DNA of 61,715 nucleotides, counting the filler, from Sphacelaria rigidula (lineage: Eukaryota): assembly GCA_964200075.2 (NCBI GenBank). It is 5 parts of 5 records of this genome, joined end to end, with 100 filler letters (N's around TTAATTAATTAA, not from the genome) between each part and the next. Parts side by side here need not be neighbours in the genome. Positions count along the whole stretch, not along the records: positions 1 to 12,266 come from CAXNAA020003945.1; positions 12,367 to 24,629 come from CAXNAA020003946.1; 3 more parts are not named here. One strand, given 5' to 3'. The stretch's first letter is position 1. Every line of letters starts with the position of its first letter. The notes beneath the pieces are model-generated. The model worked only from the letters and a program-made list of their open reading frames with translations, searched no databases and was not told the DNA's origin. Made by a program: the position numbers and the translations under genes. Below are positions 1-12,635 of the stretch, one piece after another.

Positions 1-1260
1 CCGAGCACAACGAGAAGCTGGGAATTCCCACGCTTGGGTTCGTTCTTGTCAGTGTCGCCAATATGAGGCGCGCGAGAAAGAGTTGTTGCGGAAGATGGTC
101 TCAATCCTTTCTTCGGTTCGTTCTCCGTTGCTGCTCACGATAGGTTCGTGAAGCACCCATCGTTTCAAGTGGGAAAGTAGACCTGTTTTACATTCTTTTC
201 AGCCAAGTCTTTGGTGCCTTGATTATCATCGTTTCAAATGCTTCCTCTTGTCGAAAGAAATTCAAAACAACGAGAAACCTATCCCAACCCTTACCCTTGT
301 CCAAAACAAAACCAACACAACGAAAAACAAAACAATTCCTGACCTATTTCACACCCTGGACAATTTCCTGTTTGGTGGCCAAATATTCGCCCATGTGACG
401 CCAAAGCCATCGTTTTGCGAAAAAACAACGTCTACATTATTATGCGCATCGATCGAAAACGCAAAAAATAACGCAGCACTTCAACACGAGGGTTATACAT
501 ACTTCCCCGAGACCAAGTCATTCTCGACACCACGTAACCTACGGACACACCAACATGCATTCAAGAACCGACCAGGACAAGTCGCGCAGCTCACGTGCGT
601 TACACTGCAGAGAAGAAAAGCCATTCAAACCCCACCCCCAAAACGCAAACATAAAAACACCTTAAACCCCCGCCACACGTGGTGTGTAGCATCTCAAGAG
701 GCTGCAAGCCCTTTCATCTGACGTGCAGATTCCCTGCGCCTTCCTTGTGCAGATGACTAATGAATGAAGGCGAACCGAACCCTTACTAGGTAGCACGAAT
801 GCATGAGGACAACGCTGGAAGATAGATTATACAACCGTACAATAGACAACTGCACTATTATACAATGAACGGCACAGTTGGAAAATGCCCGTGGGCAATT
901 TCGATGTGGTCGCAAAGGCTGGCGCTGGTGATGGGTTAGCCAACCGAACAGACGCACTACGTCAGGAGTCTAGACAGAAATAGTGAAGAAGGAGCCGCTT
1001 GTAGGCAAGAACGTCTTGAACAACCTACTGTATTGTACAGTCTGGGGGAGAATATCAGGGCAAGTGACGTCTACTTCCGATGGAGATGCCGTTGGCACTC
1101 CCGCTGCGATCTACAGTGTTATTTCGCCGCATATCTCACTTCACATGTATGCTTTATACAGATGCTATTGCATTTGTCCCCTGACCTCACATAGCACACC
1201 ACGTAACGAAACGATGACTAAATTGAGTCAGCGCGAGAACATCATTTCCCAATATTCCCA

Positions 1261-1640
1261 AACATTCCCCCTCAACGCAAATACCCGCTGGTTTGACCCA
1301 AAGGATCCAGTATCCACCGCTCAGCACAACCATCCCAGCGAGATGTTCTGTCTGCGTCACCCAGATGAAACAAAGCAAGACCAAGTCCTGAAGCTTAGCC
1401 GGCGTCAGGCTTTAAACGCATTGATCAGCTCGAAGAGGTAGCGGTGCCAGTGTATGTATGCTAAGGTGCTTGATCCCCACGGCTACAAGTTTGTCCTCGG
1501 CCTCGACGTAACAAATGGTGACTTTTCCCTACTCGACCACTTACTGGGTGAAGATGTACCGTACAGCTACGTGATGGAGTCGCGAGCTGTAGGTCTGGCC
1601 ATATATCGTCAGCCTCGAGCCCAGGTACGGCCATATTAAA
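1261..1640 (-). mobile_element. Degenerate Ty1/copia LTR-retrotransposon 3' end (RNase H C-terminus, polypurine tract, start of 3' LTR)
   Basis: Minus strand reads GQTYSSRLHHVAVRYIFTQ*VVE*GKVTICYVEAEDKLVAVGIKHLS, then after a frameshift HRYLFELINAFKA* (TGA at 1405-1407). This resembles the copia RNase H end (xxKHIxxRYxFIxExVxxGxIxIxYVxTEDQLAD). A PPT GAGGGGGAA (1273-1265) is followed directly by TG at 1264. Confidence 0.7.
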
Positions 1641-2012
1641 CATTACGTGCGAGGCACACTGGCACGCCTCACCTGAAGTATCCTAGATAGATCACCTTCC
1701 ACATAGGACAAACCCATTAACCGTTGCTAAAACAACGTATCAGGTATATGGGCACAAGAAATTGGTAATGCACTGCGAAGGAGTAGAATACCCGTATTTC
1801 CTGGGAATTCACGATCAACATCTCCACCAAAAACGGTTGCCGTTAGAGTCGAAGTTCGCGTCGACCAAACACAGAGCACATCGTTTATGTAGCCGCAGGG
1901 TGCACAGCCCATTGGGAAACTCGGAGAGTACATGGCACCCAATTGAAACAGTGAGGCACAGTACAACGACACGAGTGCACCAACTGCACTATCGTACACG
2001 GAGCTGAAGATG

Positions 2013-5000
2013 CTACAGCAAAAGCAGAAGCAGCGATGTAGCCGCGGTATAGGCCATTACTGTGAGGCCCGGGAGCTGCCTACCCGATGACGACGCATCC
2101 TCGTCCTCCGCCGTTGTTTCCTAAACAACCGCAAAGGCATAGCCAGCACGAGGATTCGACTTGAGTGCATGAAAACGTCATTTCTCTTTTAGTAATAAAG
2201 CCGATTCGACTTCAGTGCACGATGACTCCTTCGTTGGTGACATGCGCCTGATGCTGACACAAGACTGTGAGGTCATTCGCATGTGGAATGCCGACGCCAT
2301 GGCATATGACGCCGACACGCCGATGGTTTAACGCCTGTGGACCTCGACATCACGAACAAGTTACGCACTTTCAGCAATAGGCCTGCCTGTTTCATGTCGA
2401 TCGATCAAGCAGCCGCTGCTTGTGCATCGAATCAGAGTGTCGCAGTTTTACATTGTCAAATATGACCTGTAGGCGAGGTGATACGACCCATCCAGCGGCG
2501 GTCGACGGTTGCTACTGATCGAATTGAACAACCCAGTACCTGCAAATTCATATTCCACCATCTTTCGTACATACGTGCTATCAAGGGTCAAGAGTCTTTC
2601 GGGACAATAATTTCGGACACGGAGTCCCCCTCCCCCCCTGACTATGGCATGCATGATAATGAGTACACCCCTCCCCCCCTCCCCTCCCGGAGGGCAATGT
2701 TTCGAAAATTGTCATGATTTCTATTTTTTTGTTAAAACTACTGAAGAAATTTATCAAGAAACACTGACAAAAACCGAAACGTCTCGTGGACTTTGCGAGG
2801 TTCGTGTATTTATTTTTTCTGCCCTTGCCCGCTCTACTGTCCTGTGACCTCGAATGCCGGCCACCCTCACACACATGCATCCACACGAGCGCAACGTAGT
2901 GACAGCCCGTAGCCAACGTAGCAACTTTATCTCACGCCTCGCCAGACTTTTCCGGACTACTGGTACTCGAGGCCCACGACACTGAACATGATCCCATAAA
3001 CGTAATCATGGTAAGCGATGAGCTTGGGGGGGCAGCGTGTCCGCCATCTCATTGGTCTTCATGCCAAGGATCTCTGCGGACGGTAGCTGACCGCACCCCC
3101 CAGCGCCTCGGCAATAAACTAGGGGACAGCAGGCTGGGCACCCCCCCCCCCCACCACCCAACCACCCCCCCACAAAACACCAACACAAACACAAAAAAAA
3201 AAAAAAAAACANNNNNNNNNNAGGGATGCATGGTCAATGGTCAAATGACTAAGGCAAGCAACAAATGAGTACGCCCCCCCCCCCCTTAACCCCCCACGAG
3301 GTCAATGGTCTGATGAGTACACCCCTTAACCCCCTCCCCCCCGCCCCCCGCCCCCTTTTACGAACTCGAATTTCCGATCCTGGGGCTTACGTGTCCAGAA
3401 ATAGTTTTTGACAGGGCCTTGGTGCTATTCGTATTCAGCCCATTGGCATGCGCGCATTACGAAGAAGGGCGAGTGTACTGCGCATGCTGCTGGCACCCGA
3501 ATATTGGTATGGCGGTTTGATGGTGACAGTACTGACACTACGAAAGAGCCACGGACAACAATGTTTTCGTGATGTTGAGCGTAGAGGATACGATTGAGAG
3601 TGCAGGGCGGTCAATTAGTGAATGAATTGTTTCAGTTCCGAAATGCCCCTCAACGACGCCCGATGTGCTGTCTGTGGTAGCTTGTCACTGAGGACTTTGA
3701 TATTCCTGAGTAGGATATCGACGTGTAGCTGAAAGCACATGCCAGTAATGGAGGCAGAGAAAAGCACACACGGATAGATAAAGCGAATGATCAAAGCCAC
3801 TCTCAATCAGCACTCTACTCTCAATCTCACGAAAACGTTGAACACTGTTTCCTTATTGGTATGCAGTTTACACCAAGGTACGAAGATCGCACCCACCTCT
3901 GCCAACGCCTCGGCACAGGTGTCCACAATCCCAAAGGTCCGATTCAAGGTGGAGTCGTCATCTAGCGCGACGATGTTGTCCAAAGAACCATTACAAGTGC
4001 CGATCCCGCACATTCCAAAGGGAATTGGCTGTGCAGGGTAGTAGTACACGAAGTCGATGCACCTGACACCCAACAGAGCAAAAGCACCGGGTCATGTAGC
4101 ACGATACGTGGCGGAGGTTACAAGGAGAACGCTCGAGTGCAGCGCGCACAGCTTCATTGCAAATCAAATGAAAAGACACACGACAAGTCATTGAAGCTGT
4201 CTTTTATGGACTCCGGCTGGATTGGTATTCTTGGCAGGACATCTTCAAATTCATGCTCCACCTGCAAGTGCCACTTTCCTACAGATCTAGCAACGACTGA
4301 CGCGTTGATCGCTAGCTTGGTGCTGTTAGCGCCGAACATGGGGTCAGTTTTCCCACGAAGTCACGGGTTCGAAAGTGAAGATAACATAGAAAAATGCTTT
4401 GCCGGCCGCTTGTTTCGCTTGAAGTGGCCATAGTACTGTAGCACCTGCAGGTAGGTACACCAAACATGAAAAGCCGACACACAGCATGTATATGTGGTGT
4501 AGCGTTCTGTTTTAGAAGGGTCAATGTGGGATGATAATTGCGGGGTGCTGTGATTTTGACGCGGCGGATCATATGTTTAGGAGTTGCTGTAGCTCTTGGA
4601 ATAAAAGTACAACTCGACAAGATTCCGGTGTAACCAGCAGCGTGTCTGGGATCCAAGACGCTTGCGACGGGCAGAGTACGGCGTTGTACTAACTCCTCGA
4701 CTCGACGAAAACACTCACATCTCGTCTTCAGACCCCGGGCCGAAAGATACCGTCTGTCCAGGAATTTCAGCAAAAGCCGTGTCGTAGTAGCAGTGTGTCT
4801 CGAACCTGTCTCCTTTCTGGTCGAACACAAGAGCGTATCGTGATATGTGGACAGGTGGAGAAACCAGAAAATTCTGAGAGCACTGGACCAAGAGCCAACT
4901 CCAACTCACCGCGGCAACATTGGCACGAAACACAGCGGGAAACCACGATTGTCAGACGAGTGCACAGCTGCACAGGCTATGGGCACGCGTATCAGCGACG

Positions 5001-8000
5001 ACATCCCTCGGCGTCGAGTCACGGGAAGTCATTCATCTACTGTACCATCACATTAACGGAACAGCGAGAGCGACTCATCCCAAGACAAGCTGGAGAACCC
5101 ACCTACACAAAGCAGTTGAGTGCCAGATTTGAAAGGATTGCACCGAACGCATACACATACGTCTGGTACACGATATGTGGTACAGACTTGAAGCAACATC
5201 GAGCATAGCCTTCTCTTGACTTTCCGACTTCTGTAAGCTCTCTCTTCGGGCGAGTCACCAATGGTCCCTCGGGTGTGATGACCACACGATGCAAACGTGC
5301 CATCTCTCTGTCTCAAAGCACCCAAGTATCGCCTCGCGCGTACCTGGATTGTCTCGCTGCCGTTGGCATAGGTGTTGTAACCGCCGCCCTGGTCGAAAGA
5401 GTAGTACTCCACCCTGGAAGTTTTTATCAAGATGTCGTCGCGGTATTGACGAGTGATCATATGCTGCCCTGTCGCATGCATGTGCAAGAAGTGTCCGAAC
5501 ACAGTCACGTTTTCGTCCTGCATCCGCGGGAGCGATGAAAGCAGCAGCGGGAAGCGCACACGGGTAGCGGAGGGGACTGAAGATCCGTAGAGCGTACGTG
5601 CTGAGTCCAATCAGTTGGCCGGCGAAATACCCGTTTCTGCCGCCTGTGCTACCACACCCCCTTCCGCTGATTGAACAGGTGCGTCAACACCAGTTTGGAT
5701 AGATTTTGTAGATACGAATCCCGACCATTATTTTCTCGGTTACATGAAAGTTGAGGAGTCGCCATTGCGCCGGTCCAAAGCTCCATAACGACGTGGATGG
5801 ACAATATTAGGACGGATTTCCACTGATACCTTGAGATTACGATCTCTTCCCGCGGAGGCCGAGGCTCGAAAACAGAGTAAAATCAGTTGAAAATAACCCT
5901 CTGATCGGGGAGTAAGACATGCGCCCGAGATCAAGCGGTTCGTTCAGCCCGTCAGATCGAGAAGCGACTCGGACGCGCGCCCGAGCACGGAAGCACTTCA
6001 ACATCCCGTATATTCTGATCTGTTCCGCAACATGTTCTCCGAGCGGCAACTTATCTTCATCGGTATGAATGGTGTCACGCCTAACACACAAGGTTGGGAT
6101 CGACCGCCACGCTTACACATGCAACAGAGGACGTACAGAAGAAGCACACCATCGCAAACCTCGAAAAACTCCTCGAAGCATGACGACGGACAGGAAAAGG
6201 AGTACAGGGATTTGTTGTCCGGCAACTCGCTGAGTGCCGAGTCTGCAAGAGATAAAAACGGATCCCCTATCTGTAGAAGGCCGGCATCGATGGAGCGCAG
6301 CTCTTCCGAATAATACACCCTAGCTCCCGAGTTGTCGGTCACTCCTTCTTCGAAATCGGGGTTATTGTAGTGCATCTGAATACCTGAAGTGTTTTGCGAA
6401 ACGCGGGAACAGAAATAGAGCGGCAGCGTCTGAGCATGATAAAAGGGTTGAAGACCTTGCAGCTGAGGGTAGTAAAACATGACGATATCGCAAAGTTCTA
6501 GCTCTATGCTTCCACCGACTCGTGAGCTCCACCATATCATGTGGACAGAAATATGTGTTGCGCACCACCCCATACCCACACAGTCATATGCCCCCCCGGT
6601 CAATATTCGCTCGCCCCTACAAGCTTTTATTAATCACCTATGGATCGATAACCGCTCGATCCAAATCGGAATCCGACATCATCAGGCATGGCCAGGGCCG
6701 CAACTCCGGGCGCCCAGGCGTAGATGTCGTCGAAGACAAAGCCATCGCAATCACCATCCTCGATACCCGTGTCGGCTGCCGTGAAGAACTCGCGGGAACA
6801 GTTCCCGTGGCAATCGTCAGAGTCGGTGTAACCCTTGACGACCAAATGGTGGATGAACTCCTCTGTTCCGTCGTAGAGTAGCGCCTCTATACCTACGACG
6901 TGAAACTGACGGGAACGTGTCAGACGTTGAGACACGTGATGTGTGAGGCAGAATGACAGATGGCGCTTCGAAGAGGGGCTTGTTGAATGAAACAAAGGCA
7001 AACCCACCAGCAGGGGTGGGGTTGGACATCCGAGTGCATCCCAAATACAAACACAATACTACGGCAACAAGCACGTCACATCCTGTCTATTATGCTGGGG
7101 TCGGCGAAGCGAGTCGGACACGGGAACCCATCGACAAACGGCAGCCTAAATTTACGTCTTTTACACATACCACATTCGACAACAAAGGTCCTGTATCCTG
7201 TATCCACGCCAATCTCACCTCTCCTTCGACTGGCAACTCCGATGCCGGCACGCAGAAGAACTCGTACTCAGTCTTCTCCGCTGGAATAGTATAGTTTTGC
7301 TGCAAATAACGATCAACGCGAGATACAAGCGGAGGAACTTGCCAGAATGTAACTGTAGGATTGAAAAATCAGAAGTAACACCCTCGACGTCACGGAACAC
7401 AATGGAACACAGCAAAAAGCGCGCGGTTGGGTACCGGCTGTTCGTTAGAGGGATTTCAACACTAGACCAAGTAGTCAACGCTGACTACTTGTTGTAGTGG
7501 TGAGATTCCTCTGACGAACAAAAGCACTGTTTTTGATATCGAAAAACCCTCGACGCGATCCTCCAGGTTTGTCCTGGCCAAGGCTGCAATTGGCAAGATC
7601 CATTACCTCTAACGTATTTCTTCGACTATCGGAGAGACTTTTCCGATCCTGTCAATTTTTTGGAAGGAGTGGTGGCACCAAGAATCGAACTCGGATCCAT
7701 TGTTATGGAAGAAGGAAATCCACCACAAGACGAAGGAGTCAGCACTGACTACTTAGTCTAGTGGTAAAACCCCTCCAACGAACAAAATGAATGTTTGAGC
7801 TCGAAAGCGCCTCGACGCAATCCTCCGGGTTTCCCCTCGTCAGTGCTGCAGCTGACAGGATCCAGTGCCTCACACGCCTTTTCACGACAAGGGAACCAAT
7901 CTTTTCTCGACAATGGGAAAGAGTGGATTCACTGAGAATCGAACGCCGGTCCATTTTTATGCAAGAAGGAAATCCATCACTATACCAAGTAGGCAGCAGT

Positions 8001-9996
8001 CACAGACTCCCCCCTGCCGTAAAAATGGACCCGAGTTCGATTCTCGGTGAGTTCACTCTTTCATATTGTCGTGGGTAGTGCTGACTACTTGGCCTAGTGG
8101 TGAGTTTCCCTCTTCCGTAAAAACGGATCCGCGCTCGCTTCTCAGTGAGTCTACTCTCTCCCATTGTCGAGGAAAGATCGTTCCCATTGTCCTGGAAAAA
8201 CGTTTGAGGCACTGGATCTTGTCAGCTGCAGCGTTGGTGGGGAACAGCCCGAAGGATCGCGCCGCGGGGCTTTCGAGCTAAAAAACACTGGTTTTATTCG
8301 ATAGAGGGATTTCAACACGAGGCTAAGTACTCAGCGCTGACTGCTCAGTCTAGTGGTAAAACCTCTCTAACGAACAGCCGGTACGTGACTTTATACCGGT
8401 GGTCGCGAGATAAAAACTAAAGGGAACGCCGGACATTCATCTGCGGATTCAAGGCCGACTCGACTGTCATGACGATATGCCATGCGACAAGCATGGTCTG
8501 CGAGGTCGAAGCGACAGCAAACCTCAGCAATAACCCCTCATGCTCTGCATACACTTTTCACTGCATTACCTCACGCAGGTACGACCACTCTACCGTGTAG
8601 GACCTCTCACCGCCGCGATGTCAAAGTAGCTGATGTCATCCGCAGCCTTGATATCTACGAGCAGGTCCGTGCTGGCTTCGTTGTCCTCTTCAAACAGAAT
8701 CACCTGCGCTTGTCCAACATTACTGCCATGGTAGCTGACACTGTCCTGACTTCCCCAGGCAGCAATAAGTCTCGTAGGGTTGGTCCCTGAAGAGTGCACA
8801 CAGGTGATACTGTTTACGAACACCTTTCACGCAAAGCCCTTAAAAACGGCCGACGGCATGCAAGCTGCGGGATAATGCGTGTATGGAACTTGAGACTAAG
8901 AAGTGACAGACTCCGCAGTCTTGGCTTGAACGGATTATCTTCCCGGTGGACGACAGCGATTGTTTTTCAAGGAATGATCCAGCAGCTGCGCACGTTCTCG
9001 CTGCCGATGTCATGGCATCGAAGGACCACACCACGAATGGCAGAACGCTCACATTGAACCAGTGATACACGCAGTCGAGTGTCAGCGCCCATGCTTGACT
9101 CTACGCGCATCTCACACTGCAGTCGTGCGCTGATGGAACATTCCAATCGTGTACGCTCCCAGCGAATAGCTACGTATTATGAGCAAAGTGATGAAGAGAT
9201 TTCTTGTCGAATACCACTCTTCGCAATGCGTGGCTCACGTCACGAAAGACGGCGAGCTTCGTACGCAAGAACATTATCGCTCGGCTGTTATCAGTTGTGC
9301 TGAACTCTCTCAAGATACATGGCGGTACTTGAGATAACTGACGTTCAGCGGTACATCCGCCTATATCATGTGGCGTTTTTTTGCACGATATACCTTCCAC
9401 ACTGTCATCCACTAGTGAGCGATCCTGGGTATCGCTGGTTTCCAAGGATCTCTCAGCCTCGAACACCAGGCCGGTATCGCCCACCTCTGCCGACAGGAGA
9501 GTCCAGTCCTGAGAGCACTCGTCTGCGATCGGAGTGCCGATCTCGAGTGCATGCGCGTCCGTGAGGTTTCCAGACTATGAAAACGAATGCAGAGACGTAC
9601 GTATGTAGTAGAAGGGGTGAGCGGCGGTACGTGGCCAGAGTGGGTTTCTTGACGCGCATGTTTCGGTCACAGCAGCGCGAATCCACAAACTTAACGGTAC
9701 TGCTGATGAGTCGCTCTCACCAAGGCCTCATAGTAGATGATGTCGGCTCCCTCCATGCCGCCCATTTCTGAAAAGCCAAACCCTGCCCATCCAGTGGCAG
9801 CCTTCGCGTGAACAGCTACGCGAATGGTCGCCAGTTCCGTATCGATCGTCCAGTAGAAATCAAAATTGTCGTCTAGGGTCATATTTCGGCTGTACGACAC
9901 ATTAACCTGCTGCGCGGTTGCAGGCAAGCAGACAGTCGCTAGGGCGACGAAACTCGCCAAGGCGGCGGAGACCCAACCGCGATGCACAACCGCCAT
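2013..9996 (-). CDS. DOMON-domain copper type II ascorbate-dependent monooxygenase (dopamine beta-hydroxylase / MOXD1-like), 10 exons, about 583 aa
   Basis: Phase-consistent GT-AG exons: 9996-9721, 9574-9394, 8786-8611, 7299-7219, 6905-6638, 6383-6160, 5517-5344, 4816-4719, 4062-3897, 2120-2013 (1752 nt with TAG). Signal peptide MAVVHRGWVSAALASFVALATVCLPATA; DOMON motifs GWAGFGFSEMGGMEGADII, QDW, AAWG..SYHG; copper ligands FIHHLVV, QMHYNNP, HFLHMH, EDEMC; hydrophobic C-terminus. The last exon is the least certain. Confidence 0.9.
2580..3440 (+). repeat. Interspersed repeat of about 0.8 kb, copy 1 (diverged inverted copy at about 33415-34115)
   Basis: Co-linear blocks such as CTAGGGGACAGCAGGCTGG, GTAATCATGGTA and ATCTCACGCCT match the reverse complement of 33415-34115. 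Contains a 10-N gap at 3212-3221 and a short inserted repeat at about 3222-3280. Confidence 0.7.
3558..3840. mobile_element. MITE-like element with imperfect TIRs of about 40 bp (second copy at about 58911-59226)
   Basis: Left end CAATGTTTTCGTGATGTTGAG..GATTGAGAGTG pairs with right end CACTCTCAATC..CTCAATCTCACGAAAACGTTG. The internal sequence (TTTCAGTTCC.AATGCCCCTC, AGCTTGTCACTGA, CCTGAGTAGGA.ATCGACGTG) recurs at about 58940-59100. Confidence 0.6.
7434..8381. mobile_element. Non-autonomous TIR DNA transposon with TA target duplication (Tc1/mariner-type), modular foldback, in monooxygenase intron 3
   Basis: TA|CCGGCTGTTCGTTAGAG ... CTCTAACGAACAGCCGG|TA. An internal module of about 260 bp is repeated directly (about 7476-7740, 7735-8000) and inverted (about 8078-8345). 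Confidence 0.75.
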
Positions 9997-10994
9997 CCTT
10001 CCGGGACTGCGTGATGAATAGCGTTTCGCTGACAGGCGAATGCTGTCCTGTGGGGGTGACGAGTGTTGTTTAGCTGCTCCCGCTTCAATGTCAACAAAAG
10101 ACTGGGGTACAGAAACGACAGGGACGAAAAATAACCGCGAAGTCCTTTTTTGGTTCAGGCACACCCCTCAATCCTCGCCACATCATGGTAAACGCCGAAA
10201 AAAGACATGAACTGATGAAAAAAGTGCAACGCACAACGTTTCGGGATATCACAAACGGATGTTTCTTGTGGGGCTTGATCTTCGATACTGAGGAGGACTT
10301 CGATACTGAGGAGGCCACGCGTGCTTGTTTCGGTGGACCCGACAGATGCAGGTAATATAGTGTTCATTGATTCTACTAGGCGTAATCATTGACAACAGTA
10401 GATCGACACCTATAATAGGCATCAGAAACACTAGCCGTACTAGGCTTCATTTCAACGTGACAGCATGGGAGACGGTTGCGACGTGATGAGATGATGATAG
10501 TGATGGTCTTGTTCAAGTCACCTTCTATAACCGTGTCGGCCGGACTGCCTGTTCGCAATCTTACGCATAAGTGGGAACAAGCACACACAAGCACATTATT
10601 TCGGAACAAAATCTGACCTCTTGTCACCCTGTTGCGTGCTGCTCCAACGTGCAACCCCAGATTCAGCTATATAGGCCTGTGTGCTTAACATGACATGTAT
10701 GTGGCCAAAGTTTCAGCGCGCTGTAGCGCCGACTACGCACGTACGGCCGTACCTCCCGAGCTGGCCACCTCTACATGTGGTTATGTAACAGTTTTGTATA
10801 GATAGATGGTCATCATGGGTATTCCAGTATTGATCGATGTTGTTTGCCAGTGCAGCAGCCGCCCAGCTGCACATGGTATGGAAGCTATAATAGTACACCG
10901 CCTCTTGGGACACCGAATATCTGGCGAAGACAAGACATTTATAGAGGCTTTCTGAATATCTCAGAGCACCCGGGTGCAAGTTTTCAGAGTCTTA

Positions 10995-11426
10995 GGCCGG
11001 ATGTTATTGCAAACAGATTTTTGGCCCACGGATTGTTCACTTTTGGGACGTTTGATCCACCTTTCGACCCCCACACAGTGAAAATCGCCAACACATGTCT
11101 CGGACACATCGCATCAACCCACAGAGAGGAGCCTGGTCTGCTTTTTAGATTCGCTTGGCTCTGAGGTTTCGAGATTGGCCGCTGAACAAAAAAAAATGTT
11201 CAGCGACCGATCTCGAAACCTCAGAGCCAAGCGAATCTGAAAAGCAGACCAGGCTCCTCTCTGTGGGGTGAATCTGAAAAGCAGACTAGACTCCTCTCTG
11301 TGGGGTGATGCGATGTGTCCGAGACGTGTGTTGACGGTTTTCACTGTTTGGGGGTCAAAAGGTGGGTCAAACGTCCCAAAGTGAAAAATCCGTGGGTCAA
11401 AAATCTGTTTGCAATAACATCCGGCC
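10995..11426. mobile_element. Foldback MITE with TTA target duplication (PIF/Harbinger, Tourist-like)
   Basis: TTA|GGCCGGATGTTATTGCAAACAGATTTTTG ... CAAAAATCTGTTTGCAATAACATCCGGCC|TTA. Arms of about 195 bp flank an A-rich loop (about 11188-11196). The right arm has a 37-bp tandem duplication (11233-11306). Confidence 0.85.
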
Positions 11427-12266
11427 TTACTCGAAAAAACGGCGTGAGCAATACCCCGTATGTGCGTTGAAGTATACAAATTAGTGTTGCATATCGAACC
11501 AATAATCAAATCGAATCGATACGATATCGATATTGGCGAGCACAGCGAGCCCCCAACGGCCCCTCCCGGCTGTTGAGGGGGCCCCGCTGGAGGCGCCGCG
11601 AAATATTTAGCGCAATTTGGCGCAATTTGGCTTCATTTCTAAAACAAAACGCCCCAACCTGCACCTCTTTTCTCTGCAAGCGCTGGACCTATTTTTATCC
11701 AAAATGGACGTTGGAAAAACATTTGAAATACGCATGATACCACGTGCGCACAGAGCTGGGATTTACACTATGATGAAGCATGACTTACTTGTTGAGGACC
11801 CACACGTCAAAAGTTGTATTTCCTGCGATTATGCCTCACTAGATACTTGTAGTCGCAGAATCTACGAGATGGACGATGGACGATGCTATTTTGAGGCGAT
11901 CTTCGACCACAGATTGGCGACTCGCTCCTAGAACGCTGTGGTGTTTGTACTCTCGAAAAAGATGCTCCATTATATGACGACACCATGAAAGCACCGGAAT
12001 TCCCCGCACACCAGCCAACAGTAAGATGACTCTCAATGCGAATACCTCACATTTCTGCCCAGCTCTGGAAATGACTTCACTTGTTTTATGTACCATTTCA
12101 TGCCATTCTGCGAGTCTACTGCTCTGATTTTGCTCGGAACTCCGGATATCACGCTCAGACACAACAGCGGCAGCGACCACAGCAGTAGTGGCGGTAGCGT
12201 CTCAACAGCGGGGGCGCTGGCCGCCCCTTGGCCAGATATGGTGGCCATATGAGGCCTACGTGTAGA

Positions 12267-12366
12267 NNNNNNNNNNNNNNNNNNNNNNNNNNNNNNNNNN
12301 NNNNNNNNNNTTAATTAATTAANNNNNNNNNNNNNNNNNNNNNNNNNNNNNNNNNNNNNNNNNNNN
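12267..12366. other. Artificial contig linker (N44-TTAATTAATTAA-N44)
   Basis: 100-nt spacer whose core gives stop codons in all six frames; occurs four times at about 12.36-kb spacing. Confidence 0.95.
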
Positions 12367-12525
12367 GGGGGGGGGGGAGGGGGGGTGGGGGGGGGGGGGG
12401 GGGGGGGGGGAGAGGAGAGGCTCTCCATTGCGGTCGGAGGTCATCCTCTGCTACAAGCTCAAATAGCCCCGATTGCCACACAAGTACACACAGAAGACGA
12501 CGAACGGATACCGCGCAATACTCAC

Positions 12526-12635
12526 AGTTCCCGCGCGAGGCGTTCCATCAACTCTCGGTCTGCCCAGCGCTCCTGAAACAAGTTGTTCAGCGTGTGCATG
12601 GCGCAGTGCATTAGCTTCTGCCGCTCATGGTACAT
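12526..12635 (-). CDS. Josephin-domain deubiquitinase (JOSD1/2-like) paralogue A, catalytic-Cys exon; remainder lies off the contig
   Basis: ATG at 12635 gives MYHERQKLMHCAMHTLNNLFQERWADRELMERLARE(L), ending CT|GTGAGT (phase 2). It carries the Josephin YHExQxxxxCAxHxLNNxFQ motif and has the same intron position and phase as paralogue B. The true start could be upstream through splicing. Confidence 0.85.

Noticed and set aside
12311-12322. TTAATTAATTAA palindrome as a biological motif
   Set aside because: Always centred in N-runs at four sites; it is a synthetic linker.
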